Source of the DNA: an uncultured bacterium
GTDB taxonomy: Bacteria; Margulisbacteria; WOR-1; CAVSGV01
NCBI GenBank assembly: GCA_963699255.1
Contig: OY969425.1
Coordinates: 960,001 to 992,000 of the forward strand
DNA length: 32,000 nucleotides
Direction of reading: 5' to 3'
The notes beneath the pieces were generated by a model. That model was not told the origin of the DNA. It did no database searches and was given only the letters and a program-made list of their open reading frames with translations. Positions 6,899-15,635 of this stretch are shown here, piece after piece (within the stretch, counting starts at the first letter, position 1; the number at the start of each line of letters is the position of its first letter). The position numbers and the translations under genes are program-made.

Positions 6899-8764
6899 AT
6901 GAACAAAAGTAAAATTGATTCGGCAAAACTGGTGAAACCAACGCTGGGATTATTGGGGGCGTCAATGAACGCGATGGCGCTGATAGCTCCGGGCGCGTTC
7001 CTGTGGATCACCTATCAGCTGCAGGCCGCGGCGACCGCGCCCAGCGGCGCATCCGTCGCCGGCGACATCTGGGCGGGAATAGTCCTGGCCCTGATAGTCG
7101 CTTTTCTCACGGCTGTTTCATATTCCGAACTCGCGAAAATATATCCCGAAGCCGGTTTCGCCAGCGTCACGTATTTCGCGGAGAAAGCTTTCCTCGACCG
7201 CGAAGGCGCGAAAAGGTCCGCTCCGGCCTCCCTGGCCAGGATAGCGAAACTTATCACCGGCTGGGCGGCCCACCTGTTCTACTGGGTGTACCCCGGCATA
7301 ATGGTCGCCATGATGGCGAACCTCATCGGTTACATATATACACAGCTGACCGGGCTCACTTTATCTGTCATAGCGCTCACCATGATCGGCGTCGTCTTTA
7401 CCGCAGTGACCGGGTACATAGCGTACCGCGGAGTAACGGGCTCCACAAAAACATCGATATGGATCAACGTCATTCAATGGGTAACCCTCATAATATTCAG
7501 CGGACTTGCCATCTGGTACCGCGTTGCCAACCCGCAGGGCGTCACGGTGTGGGCTTTCAGCAGCGCCTGGGATGTCGTACGCCCACATACTATTAACGGC
7601 GTACTTGTACAGTCGACTCTCGCCATATTGATATTGGTCGGATTCGAAAGCTGCACGGCCCTCGCAGCTGAAACGAAAGAGCCGGAAAAGAACCTGCCGA
7701 AAGCCATTATCATTTCTCTGATCATACAGGGGCTGATCGCGTATCTTCTTGAATATTTCGCGGCTGCCGCAATGATAGGAGACAAACTGGTCAACGGGAA
7801 GGTTTCCGGAATGGCCGCGGCTGCGGCATCAGCCGCCCCCATCGGCGACCTTGCGAAGCTCATCGGCAAAAGCCTGCTCGGAGGCATAGGCTTCGGGCTC
7901 ATGATAACGATGGCGGTCACAGTGGCGATAGCCATCATCGGGACCACGCTCAGCTGCATGAACACCGCAATGAGGATAAGCGCCGGGATGGCGGAGGACA
8001 GGGAGCTTCCCACGATGATGGGATTCATGTCCAGGAAATTCAGCACTCCCCACATGTCGCTTCTGATGTTGATACTGGTCTCGTCCGTAATAGCCGCCGT
8101 CGGCGTGCGGTCGGTCGTCGGATTGACGGGGATAACTCTCGCTTCGAACCTCGGCACTTTCATCCTTTACGGCCTGACGTGCATTTGGACTATAGTGGCA
8201 TTCAAGGACAGGATCGAGTTCAATCTCCTGAAACACGGGATCATCCCTTTCCTAGGAGTGGTCACAAACATCATAATGGCGGTCGCCATCGTTTACCTGT
8301 ACGCCGTCGGGAATGCGGACGCTAAAGCCGAAGCGGATATCTGCTTCCTCATCGCGGGCGCATGGGGGCTTGTCAGCGTCGCTTATGTTGTGCTCACCAG
8401 CGTCAAGAGGTCGTACAGCCTTAAAATGGTCTCGGCGATGATCCGCCCGGAATCATTGAATGCTCTTGTGGACGTTCTCCAGGACGAAGAGCTCATCCTC
8501 GGGATAACGGTCACGAAAGTGAAAGGGTTCGGAAGGCAGAAAGGCAAGATAGACGCGGATGCGGAGCCCATCAATGACAAAATATCCTTCATCCCCAAAC
8601 TGCGCGTGGATCTTGTGGTGAACGACTGGGATGCTCCGGAGGTCATGAAGATAATGAGGGACGCATTGTTCACAGGCAATATCGGGGACGGGAAAATATT
8701 CGTCATGGATGCAGCCGACGCCATGAGGATAAGAACGGGAGAACGCGGCGTGTTCGCCGTCTAA
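6899..8764 (+). CDS. APC-superfamily amino acid permease with a C-terminal PII (GlnB-like) domain
   Basis: N-terminal about 510 aa: KPTLGLLGASMNAMALIAPGAFLWITYQ..., VGFESCTALAAETKEPEKNLPKAI (APC signature). C-terminal about 110 aa: MVSAMIRPESLNALVDVLQDEELILGITVTKVKGFGRQKG...ISFIPKLRVDLVV...TGNIGDGKIFVMDAADAMRIRTGERG (PII signatures). Confidence 0.93.
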   Translation: MNKSKIDSAKLVKPTLGLLGASMNAMALIAPGAFLWITYQLQAAATAPSGASVAGDIWAGIVLALIVAFLTAVSYSELAKIYPEAGFASVTYFAEKAFLDREGAKRSAPASLARIAKLITGWAAHLFYWVYPGIMVAMMANLIGYIYTQLTGLTLSVIALTMIGVVFTAVTGYIAYRGVTGSTKTSIWINVIQWVTLIIFSGLAIWYRVANPQGVTVWAFSSAWDVVRPHTINGVLVQSTLAILILVGFESCTALAAETKEPEKNLPKAIIISLIIQGLIAYLLEYFAAAAMIGDKLVNGKVSGMAAAAASAAPIGDLAKLIGKSLLGGIGFGLMITMAVTVAIAIIGTTLSCMNTAMRISAGMAEDRELPTMMGFMSRKFSTPHMSLLMLILVSSVIAAVGVRSVVGLTGITLASNLGTFILYGLTCIWTIVAFKDRIEFNLLKHGIIPFLGVVTNIIMAVAIVYLYAVGNADAKAEADICFLIAGAWGLVSVAYVVLTSVKRSYSLKMVSAMIRPESLNALVDVLQDEELILGITVTKVKGFGRQKGKIDADAEPINDKISFIPKLRVDLVVNDWDAPEVMKIMRDALFTGNIGDGKIFVMDAADAMRIRTGERGVFAV

Positions 8765-8777
8765 AGGAGGAACCGAC

Positions 8778-9116
8778 ATGAAAAGGATAGAAGCGATAAT
8801 CAGGCCCGGCAAGGTAAATGACGTGTGCGGCGCGCTTGATAAAGTGGGCCATCCGGGAGTGATGGTGTCGGAGATAGAAGGCCACGGAAAGCAAAAAGGA
8901 CTGGAGCAGCAGGTGCGCGGAAAGACGTATAAGGTGGATCTCCTACCCAAAGCCCGCCTGGAAGTGGTGGTAAAAGACTCGGACGTGGAAAAGACGGTAA
9001 CGGCGATACGGGAAGCGGCGTACAGCGGCAATGTGGGAGACGGGAAAATATTCATTTATCCCGTGGATGACACGGTAAGGATACGCACCGCCGAGCATGG
9101 TGATATTGCGATATAA
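8778..9116 (+). CDS. Nitrogen regulatory protein PII (GlnB/GlnK family)
   Basis: 112 aa: MKRIEAIIRPGKVNDVCGALDKVGHPGVMVSEIEGHGKQKG...VRGKTYKVDLLPKARLEVVV...SGNVGDGKIFIYPVDDTVRIRTAEHGDIAI; RBS AAAGGAGG. Confidence 0.95.
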   Translation: MKRIEAIIRPGKVNDVCGALDKVGHPGVMVSEIEGHGKQKGLEQQVRGKTYKVDLLPKARLEVVVKDSDVEKTVTAIREAAYSGNVGDGKIFIYPVDDTVRIRTAEHGDIAI

Positions 9117-9187
9117 TCTCCGGACCAAAAAGCGCGGATCAAAAAAGCGGGCTCATTTATTGATGCCGCAAGGCCCATCACGAACAA

Positions 9188-9219
9188 AAGCCGAAGGGCA
9201 TTTCTGGCCTTCGGCTTTA
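9188..9219. terminator. Rho-independent terminator-like hairpin between convergent PII and small secreted protein genes
   Basis: Perfect 11-bp stem AAAGCCGAAGG / CCTTCGGCTTT with 10-nt loop. Confidence 0.7.
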
Positions 9220-9242
9220 TCTTGGTCGGAACGGGAGATTAT

Positions 9243-9506
9243 CTATTGTGTCGGCGTAGTTGGCGCGGGCTGAGTCGTCGCTTTCGCCTTCCTTTTCGCG
9301 CGTCTTGCCGCACGTTTCGCCTTCATGGCGGCCTTTAGATCTTTCCTTTTCTGTTTCCTATCCTGCATTAATTTTTGCCTGTCAGCTTTTATCTTTTGCG
9401 TATCCTGTTTCACCGGTGCAACAGCCTGATCCGCATAAGCAAGCTGCGTCGCGAAACATCCCAGGACCAATAACAACACGAATAGTGAAGAGATGCTCTT
9501 TTTCAT
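9243..9506 (-). CDS. Small secreted highly basic protein
   Basis: From ATG at 9506: MKKSISSLFVLLLVLGCFATQLAYADQAVAPVKQDTQKIKADRQKLMQDRKQKRKDLKAAMKAKRAARRAKRKAKATTQPAPTTPTQ; signal peptide then Lys/Arg-rich helix. Track start (9560) is upstream. Confidence 0.6.
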   Translation of the reverse strand: MKKSISSLFVLLLVLGCFATQLAYADQAVAPVKQDTQKIKADRQKLMQDRKQKRKDLKAAMKAKRAARRAKRKAKATTQPAPTTPTQ

Positions 9507-9523
9507 CTGATATCCCCCCTTTA

Positions 9524-9541
9524 CATATGTATTCTTACATA
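9524..9541. promoter_or_regulatory. Possible operator: perfect inverted repeat ATATGTA-N4-TACATAT upstream of the basic secreted protein
   Basis: Plus strand ATATGTATTCTTACATAT, about 20-35 nt upstream of ATG 9506 (minus). Confidence 0.3.
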
Positions 9542-9549
9542 TATTAAGT

Positions 9550-10020
9550 TTAATATCCATTTCCGGACGGAGATGGCGCTACCGGAGGCACAGGAGCCGG
9601 AGCTTCGGGAGCCATAGGAGCCGAAGGAGCTGGAGCTTCCGGAGCCGCAGGCGCCACAGGAGCCGGAGCTTCCGGAGCCGGGGTCACAACAGGCGCCGCC
9701 GGTGCCGCCTCAGGAGCCGTTGCCGGAACTGTCGCAGTCGACGTCGGTACCACTACGGGAGCCGGAGCTGCTGCCGGCGCCACAGCCGGTGCCGCAGCCT
9801 TGACCGGTTTAGCCGCCTTTGGAGCCGCCTTTTTTACAGCCGCTTTCTTCACTACCCTCTTTATCTTTTTAACCTTTTTGACCTTTACAACTTTGGAAGC
9901 TTCGGTCGTGGACGCTGGTTTCGTCATTGACGGAGCATTTACAACATCAGCCGAGGCCACAAGAGAGAACGCACCCAGGCAGAAAGCCGCCATAACAAGC
10001 CAACTTATCTTTTTCATCAT
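9550..10020 (-). CDS. Secreted low-complexity protein: Lys/Val-rich N-terminal and Pro/Ala/Glu repeat C-terminal region
   Basis: MMKKISWLVMAAFCLGAFSLVASADVV signal peptide, VVKVKKVKKIKRVVKKAAVKKAAPKAAKP, then (PEAPAPVAP)-like repeats; strong RBS AAGGAGGTG. Confidence 0.65.
   Translation of the reverse strand: MMKKISWLVMAAFCLGAFSLVASADVVNAPSMTKPASTTEASKVVKVKKVKKIKRVVKKAAVKKAAPKAAKPVKAAAPAVAPAAAPAPVVVPTSTATVPATAPEAAPAAPVVTPAPEAPAPVAPAAPEAPAPSAPMAPEAPAPVPPVAPSPSGNGY
9580..9715. repeat. Degenerate coding tandem repeats (GGAGC-rich, about 15-18 nt units) encoding PEAPAP-type repeats
   Basis: Repeated ggagccggagcttc / ggagccgcaggcgcc blocks within the 9550..10020 CDS. Confidence 0.6.
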
Positions 10021-10073
10021 TTAATTCACCTCCTTATCCTTATATTATTATTATGTAACGATCTTGATGCGTA

Positions 10074-10128
10074 TTCTAATACTATCGCATTAGATTTACA
10101 TTAAAACATAATTAGAATTCGATTAATG
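10074..10128 (-). promoter_or_regulatory. Phased 11-bp direct-repeat element, copy B, upstream of the Pro/Ala-rich secreted protein
   Basis: Minus strand: CATTAATCGAA TTCTAATTATG TTTTAATGTAA ATCTAATGCGA TAGTATTAGAA; ungapped alignment to copy A (4146..4216 vs 10059..10129) gives 55/71 identical positions. Confidence 0.55.
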
Positions 10129-10274
10129 CGAACAAGCCTGATATCGCCTTGTAATGCTCATAGAGCGATGATATTTTCCGTTGCGGCTTCATCCGTCCGT
10201 TATCCAAACACTTGACGGAAATTAACGTATGTGATATAAATCTAACGTTTTAATGTTCTTGCGGAGGTAAAAAA

Positions 10275-10973
10275 ATGAAAAAGCAAATGATCCTGGTCCT
10301 GGGCTGCGTTCTTATTTTCGCGTGCGGCTTCGGCGGTCCGGCCCCTACGGCATCTTCCGGCGGCAGCTCCGCAACATCTTCAAATATATACATGATCGAT
10401 GATTTCGAGGACGGCGACTATACGACCAATCCCGAATGGTGGAAGTTCGACAACATCACCGCTTCGATAGCCGACAACACGCTTTACCAGACCGGCGATC
10501 CCGCCGTTGTCGCGGCGGTCGGGAAAAACTCGCTCAACATAACAGGGAGCGCCTCCGACTGGTATGCGGGAGGGATGGGAACATATCTCGCGAGAAAGAA
10601 CAACGACCTCGGCAAATATAACGCGGTGCAGATGGATGTTTTCGGCAACGGCCCCGGATCGGGCACGATAAAGATAGAGCTGGTGGATGACGACAAGGGC
10701 AACTGGCAGGTGGAGCAGGATTCAAAAGGCGTGCCGCTTTATGATGATAAGTTCGTATACAACGTGAACGTGGACTGGAAAGGCTGGAAAAGTGTCGTCA
10801 TACCGTTCAGCGATTTCGCCCTTGAAAACCCGGGCAAAGGCGACGGCGTCCTGACAGTCGGGCAGGAGAACGGGCACGGCGGGCTGCTCCAGATGCAGTT
10901 CATTTTCATCGCGTCCCAAAAGGTCGGTTCATTGAATTACAACCTGGATAACATATCGCTGGTAAAACAATAA
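10275..10973 (+). CDS. Predicted lipoprotein with a carbohydrate-binding/CIA30-like beta-sandwich domain
   Basis: 232 aa; lipobox-like LIFAC; MIDDFEDGDYTTNPEWWKFDN...SLNITGSASDWYAGGMGTYLARKNNDLGKYNAVQMDVFGNGPGSGTIKIELVDDD...WKSVVIPFSDF...LNYNLDNISLVKQ; good RBS GCGGAGG. Confidence 0.65.
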   Translation: MKKQMILVLGCVLIFACGFGGPAPTASSGGSSATSSNIYMIDDFEDGDYTTNPEWWKFDNITASIADNTLYQTGDPAVVAAVGKNSLNITGSASDWYAGGMGTYLARKNNDLGKYNAVQMDVFGNGPGSGTIKIELVDDDKGNWQVEQDSKGVPLYDDKFVYNVNVDWKGWKSVVIPFSDFALENPGKGDGVLTVGQENGHGGLLQMQFIFIASQKVGSLNYNLDNISLVKQ

Positions 10974-11003
10974 GATCTTTGGGGGCGGGTCGGGCGTCAG
11001 GGT

Positions 11004-11735
11004 CTATTTTACCGCCCCGTAAACGGCGAAGTTGTAATACTTAAAGTGCGCATCGGCTGAACTGAACCCGGCTTTTCTAAGCCACTCCAGTTCGAGGTTC
11101 AGCTTGTTCGGCCTGTCTTCGCGATTATATCGCTCCAGGTTCTCCTTCATGTCTTCCTGAGGCAGATTGCTTATGACGAATTCCCCCCACTTTTTCAGGT
11201 ATACCTCCTGGATTTTTTCGTCATCTGCCAATATGATGTCAGCGTTCAAAAATATCCCGCCCGGGTTGAGAGCCTCGTATAGTCTGCGGTAAAATCCCAT
11301 TTTGTTCTTATCCGGTTCCAGATGATGCAGCGCCAGGGAAGAAACGACCGCGTCATATTTTTCCTTGAATTTGTAGGCGGCCAGATCGGCCTGCTCATAC
11401 TTGATGCCGGAAAACCCGCCCAGCTTCTTTTTGGACATTTCCAGCATCTGCGGGGCGATGTCCATGCACGTTATCCGGGCCTGGGGAAACGCCTGTTTTA
11501 TAAGGCAGGCAGCAGTTCCCGTGCCGGCGCCCAGGTCAAGCACGGAAAATTCCTGCTCCCCGGTGAAAGGCAGAAGACTGACCATGACCGCCAGCATTTC
11601 CTTATAATATGGGACCCTCTGCAAGGCCCTCGTATCCCAGATGCCCGCTTCCGAGTTGAAATGATCTTTAACGGTCCTCATTCTGTCTTCGCCCATGATC
11701 GGGACATTATAGACAGTAGTTCCCGCCGTGTCCAT
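11004..11735 (-). CDS. Class I SAM-dependent methyltransferase
   Basis: VLDLGAGTGTAACLIKQAFPQARITCMDIAPQMLEMSKKKL...YDAVVSSLALHHLEPDKNKMGFYRRLYEALNPGGIFLNADII motifs I-III. Confidence 0.85.
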   Translation of the reverse strand: MDTAGTTVYNVPIMGEDRMRTVKDHFNSEAGIWDTRALQRVPYYKEMLAVMVSLLPFTGEQEFSVLDLGAGTGTAACLIKQAFPQARITCMDIAPQMLEMSKKKLGGFSGIKYEQADLAAYKFKEKYDAVVSSLALHHLEPDKNKMGFYRRLYEALNPGGIFLNADIILADDEKIQEVYLKKWGEFVISNLPQEDMKENLERYNREDRPNKLNLELEWLRKAGFSSADAHFKYYNFAVYGAVK

Positions 11736-11763
11736 ATCGTTGCATAATTAATAATTAATAATA

Positions 11764-11791
11764 TTGTTTTTCACAAATGTTTTGATATAAT
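11764..11791 (+). promoter_or_regulatory. Sigma-70-type promoter for hppA
   Basis: TTGTTT (11764-11769), 16-nt spacer, TATAAT (11786-11791); leaves a leader of about 140 nt. Confidence 0.5.
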
Positions 11792-11936
11792 ATGAAAGGC
11801 AGTGAGGTTTCCCTGAAAGATTCGATCTTCGGATTCGATCGCCTCTACCAAAGACCGGTTAAATGGTTAAGGGGGGTTTTTTGTTCAGAGGCGCTGCCAG
11901 ATGGCTGATGGATAGAAAAGAAGGGGGAAAATAAAA

Positions 11937-14171
11937 ATGTCAGAATCAAGCGTCATGCTTCCGTTGTTAGGGGCTCTGGAGAACAATCTTCTGTGGATGG
12001 TATTCGGGTCGGCGATAATCGCGCTTCTTTACGGGGCGTACCTCGCCTGGAAGGTCTTGAAGGCTCCGCAGGGGTCGCAGGCCATGATCGACGTGTCAAA
12101 AGCCATCCAGCAGGGTTCGGCAGCTTACCTCGCCCGCCAGTTCAAAGTGATGGGCATCATCATATTTTTACTGACCATAGGTCTGTATTTAATGTACAGG
12201 CCGATCTATACCAATAATCCGTTCCTGCCGATCGGCATAGCGGGCGCTTTCCTGCTGGGTTCCATGGCATCGGCCGGCGCAGGTTTTGTGGGAATGAACC
12301 TGGCCGTACGCGCTAATGTGCGCGTGGCCAACGCGGCCCTGACCAGCTATAAGAAAGCCCTGGAGATCGCCTTCCAGGCCGGCACAATATCCGGCATGTT
12401 CACCGTAGGGCTTGGATTGCTGGGAGCCACCATCATATTCATGATATTCAAGCAGGATGCCATGAAGGTCCTTATCGGTTTCGGTTTCGGCGGCTCGCTG
12501 GTCGCTCTCTTTATGCGCGTCGGCGGCGGCATCTTCACGAAAGCGGCTGACGTAGGCGCAGACCTGGTCGGCAAAGTCGAGAAGAACATTCCGGAAGACG
12601 ATCCGAGGAACGCGGCGGTCATAGCCGACAACGTCGGCGACAACGTCGGCGACTGCGCCGGCATGGCAGCCGACGTTTTTGAGAGCTACGAAGTGACCCT
12701 GGTCGCGGCGATCATACTTGGCGCGGGGCTCCTGCTCGACAGCGGCTTCAAGGCGTTCTACGGGGCGGGCGCGGCGGCCATGGCTCTGAAGCTTATCCTT
12801 TATCCTCTATTGGTCCGAGCGGTCGGGGTTTTCGCGTCGATCATCGGGACACTGCTGGTGCGCGGCAAAGACACCGAGGAGATCGGCGATCCCATGCAAT
12901 CGATCAATTTCGGCTTCTGGGCGGCGTCCATAACCGCGACGATCGGTTTCGGCGCGGTCAATTATTTTTATCTTAAGGATTGGCGATTTTTCTTCGCGAC
13001 CCTGACCGGGATCATCCTGGCGATCGTGATCGAATGGATAACGAATTACTTCACTCACACGTCAAACCGTCCGGTCCAGGAAACAGCTTACGCGTCAAAG
13101 ACCGGCCCGGCGACACTCCTGCTTTCAGGTTTCGGCCTGGGCAAGGAATCTTCTGTCTGGGCGATCCTTGCCATTGCCGCGACTATATTCGTATCAACAA
13201 GCATTTTCGGCGGGAACATAGGGCTCTCGGCTTACGGCATAGCCCTGGCGGGACTGGGGCTTTTAACGACCACCGGCTTTATCCTGGCCGAAGACACTTT
13301 CGGGCCGATCTCGGATAACGCCAGCGGAATTTTTGAAATGTCCGGCGCCAACAAAGGTGCCGGCAAACGCGCGCAGGAAATAACGATCAAGCTCGACGCG
13401 GTCGGGAACACGACCAAAGCCCTGACAAAAGGTTTTGCCATAGCCACGGCGGTCATCGCGGCCATCGCGCTGTACAGGTCATTTATCTCCGAAGGCGGGC
13501 TCCTGCTAACGGGCATTCAGCTCAATATGCCGGATGTATTCATCGGCCTGCTGATAGGAGGCGCTGTGCCGTTCCTTTTCTCTTCGCTATTGATAAACGC
13601 GGTCGGACGCTCCGCTTTCTTCGTGGTCGAAGAGGTCCGTCGCCAGTTCAGGGAGATCCCCGGGATCATGGAAGGCAAAAATAAGCCGGAGTACGACAAG
13701 TGCGTGGACATCGTGACCATCGCCGCGCAGAAAGAGCTGGTCGGTCCGGTAATAATCGGGGTTTGCACCCCTATCGCCGTCGGTTTCGGCCTGGGCGTCG
13801 CGGCGCTCGGCGGCTATCTGGCGGGCACTATACTTGTCGGACAGCTTCTCGCGGTCATGCTCTCGAACTCCGGTGCGATCTGGGATAACGCCAAGAAGGT
13901 AATTGAGATGGGCGCGCACGGGGGCAAAGGCAGCGAGTGTCACAAGGCGGCGGTCATCGGCGATACGGTCGGCGATCCATTCAAAGATACGGCCGGTCCG
14001 GCGCTCAACCCGTTGATCAAGGTAATGAACCTGGTATCGATCCTGATCCTGCCGCTTCTTCTTCTCGGATTTGATATAAAGATCCGTTTGGGCATCGTGA
14101 TCGTTTGCGTTCTTCTGATCATTTTCGCGCTCTGGCTGTCGAAAAAAGAAGGGATAATGACCGAGCGATAA
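11937..14171 (+). CDS. hppA: Membrane-bound H+-translocating pyrophosphatase, K+-independent signature
   Basis: 744 aa; RVGGGIFTKAADVGADLVGKVEKNIPEDDPRNAAVIADNVGDNVGDCAGMAADVFESY; GNTTKALTKGFAI (Lys and Thr diagnostic of the K+-independent class); HKAAVIGDTVGDPFKDTAGPALNPLIKVMN. Confidence 0.96.
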   Translation: MSESSVMLPLLGALENNLLWMVFGSAIIALLYGAYLAWKVLKAPQGSQAMIDVSKAIQQGSAAYLARQFKVMGIIIFLLTIGLYLMYRPIYTNNPFLPIGIAGAFLLGSMASAGAGFVGMNLAVRANVRVANAALTSYKKALEIAFQAGTISGMFTVGLGLLGATIIFMIFKQDAMKVLIGFGFGGSLVALFMRVGGGIFTKAADVGADLVGKVEKNIPEDDPRNAAVIADNVGDNVGDCAGMAADVFESYEVTLVAAIILGAGLLLDSGFKAFYGAGAAAMALKLILYPLLVRAVGVFASIIGTLLVRGKDTEEIGDPMQSINFGFWAASITATIGFGAVNYFYLKDWRFFFATLTGIILAIVIEWITNYFTHTSNRPVQETAYASKTGPATLLLSGFGLGKESSVWAILAIAATIFVSTSIFGGNIGLSAYGIALAGLGLLTTTGFILAEDTFGPISDNASGIFEMSGANKGAGKRAQEITIKLDAVGNTTKALTKGFAIATAVIAAIALYRSFISEGGLLLTGIQLNMPDVFIGLLIGGAVPFLFSSLLINAVGRSAFFVVEEVRRQFREIPGIMEGKNKPEYDKCVDIVTIAAQKELVGPVIIGVCTPIAVGFGLGVAALGGYLAGTILVGQLLAVMLSNSGAIWDNAKKVIEMGAHGGKGSECHKAAVIGDTVGDPFKDTAGPALNPLIKVMNLVSILILPLLLLGFDIKIRLGIVIVCVLLIIFALWLSKKEGIMTER

Positions 14172-14234
14172 CCGGCCTTCGCTCGATACGGGGCTATTTG
14201 ATCGACTCTGATGATCCGGTCAGGAAGTGACCTG

Positions 14235-15470
14235 TTAATGGTTCACGCCGTTTTCTTTCTTAAATTGAGCGACCAGAGCCGGGATATCCAGATACGCGCG
14301 CATCGAATCCGTACAGCAGAAGAATTTTTTCGCGTTCTTATCCACGTATTTTTTTATCGCGGGGAAATCGTCCTGAAGTTTCAGCAGCTGGACCATCGCC
14401 TCTTTCATTAAGAACATCTTGATAAGTTTCTTTTCGTCTCCCGTGGCGCCGTCGTGATCAAAAAAGCGGGACAGGGGCTTTTCCAATACCTGATAATAGA
14501 AAGGATCCACAAAACCCCTGAAATGTTGCATGGTGTCGATCTTTGCCGCCGCAACATACGAATATGTCCTGAGGACAAGCGGATCGTCCGCCCATGTAAG
14601 CGCTTTCAGGTTCTTTATATATTGTCCGTATTCACCCGCAAAACAGACGTATTTATCCACATTAGATAAATAGGCTGCTCCAATCTCCTTTTTTACGTCC
14701 GAGCCGGCTTCAGACATCGCCTGATTAATGACTCTCGAGACTTTCCTGTCCGCGATATTCCCTTCTATGATCGCAATGTCATTATTTATTGCCCGCTCTC
14801 GCAGATAATTGAATGATTCCATGGTGAACAGCCACTCGTTCTGGTAAGGCTTAAGGGACGTCTCCCCTGTCCAAATATGAAAGAACGAATACAGGAATAT
14901 ATCCCTCAGGAATCTTTTTTCAGGGTTGGTCAACATTTCCGTTAACAGGGCGAATTCTTCCGCGTCTTTTATTGCACCCCTTGCATACTGGAGATTTTTC
15001 TGGGCTATCATCATATTACCACAACCCTCGTTTTTTATGGGATCGCTGATATCAAAAATATGCTTCGAGATCGCGCTCAAGAGTTCGTTATCATCCTGAA
15101 TGGCAATGTTTCGTGCCTCCTTGATGAGCATGGCGCTTTTTGCAAAAGCAAGGAATTCAAAAGGATTCTTTGTGATCTTTAATAATGTCTTTATCGCCGA
15201 AAGGTGGTCGGCAACATCAACGGAAACATCCACTATTATCGATTTCTGCGGCTTAATTTTGCATATGTGATCGAAGTTCTGATGGCTGCCGATCCCTAAA
15301 TATATCCCTTTTGTCTCCCTCTGACCATAAGTAAATCCGGACAATCTTTCATTGGAATGGATGTCTCCAAATCCCCCGCTTTCAAACCCCACCGTACATC
15401 CCGGCGGACGTATCTTCTTAATATAAGCGGGAGCCTTTATTCTCGTAACCGCCTTTGAAAATATGCTCAT
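14235..15470 (-). CDS. Hypothetical protein distantly resembling the LIC_10091/DUF7790 family (Rossmann/methyltransferase-like)
   Basis: 411 aa; KGIYLGIGSHQNFDHICKIKPQKSIIVDVSVDVADHLSAIKTLLK and IIEGNIADRKVSRVINQAMSEAG...AAYLSNVDKYV resemble family motifs recalled from memory. Confidence 0.45.
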   Translation of the reverse strand: MSIFSKAVTRIKAPAYIKKIRPPGCTVGFESGGFGDIHSNERLSGFTYGQRETKGIYLGIGSHQNFDHICKIKPQKSIIVDVSVDVADHLSAIKTLLKITKNPFEFLAFAKSAMLIKEARNIAIQDDNELLSAISKHIFDISDPIKNEGCGNMMIAQKNLQYARGAIKDAEEFALLTEMLTNPEKRFLRDIFLYSFFHIWTGETSLKPYQNEWLFTMESFNYLRERAINNDIAIIEGNIADRKVSRVINQAMSEAGSDVKKEIGAAYLSNVDKYVCFAGEYGQYIKNLKALTWADDPLVLRTYSYVAAAKIDTMQHFRGFVDPFYYQVLEKPLSRFFDHDGATGDEKKLIKMFLMKEAMVQLLKLQDDFPAIKKYVDKNAKKFFCCTDSMRAYLDIPALVAQFKKENGVNH

Positions 15471-15635
15471 GATATCTTCTTATCGATAAAATCAATGAAA
15501 AATCCCACTTTTCACAGCGGATCCCCGCGCGAAGCAACACTACTGGTCAGAAAAGCCATGCCTCCAAAACAATGCAAGTTTACGGCGCCATCTCCCGATA
15601 TATATCATGGAAGATGAAGCAAAGGAGATGTGCAA

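Noticed and set aside
7003-8724. ORFs 7003..7596 (+), 7474..8163 (-), 7829..8236 (-), 8383..8724 (-) inside the permease-PII gene
   Set aside because: Alternative-frame/antisense shadows of a high-GC3 coding region with clear APC and PII motifs in the main frame.
10231-10262. AATCTAACGTTTTAATG before the lipoprotein gene as a third copy of the phased TAAT element
   Set aside because: Core spacing is about 8 nt rather than 11 and only two cores are present.
11798-11936. Approximately 140-nt leader upstream of hppA containing a GATTCGATC direct repeat and an AAGGGGGGTTTTTT tract, considered as a riboswitch or attenuator
   Set aside because: I could not fit it to any riboswitch consensus I know (fluoride, c-di-AMP, ykkC), and the possible stems are short and mismatched. 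An Rfam/cmscan search would be decisive.
14163-14188. CGAGCG...CGCTCG stem after hppA as terminator
   Set aside because: Six base pairs, 12-nt loop, no U-tract; not convincing.
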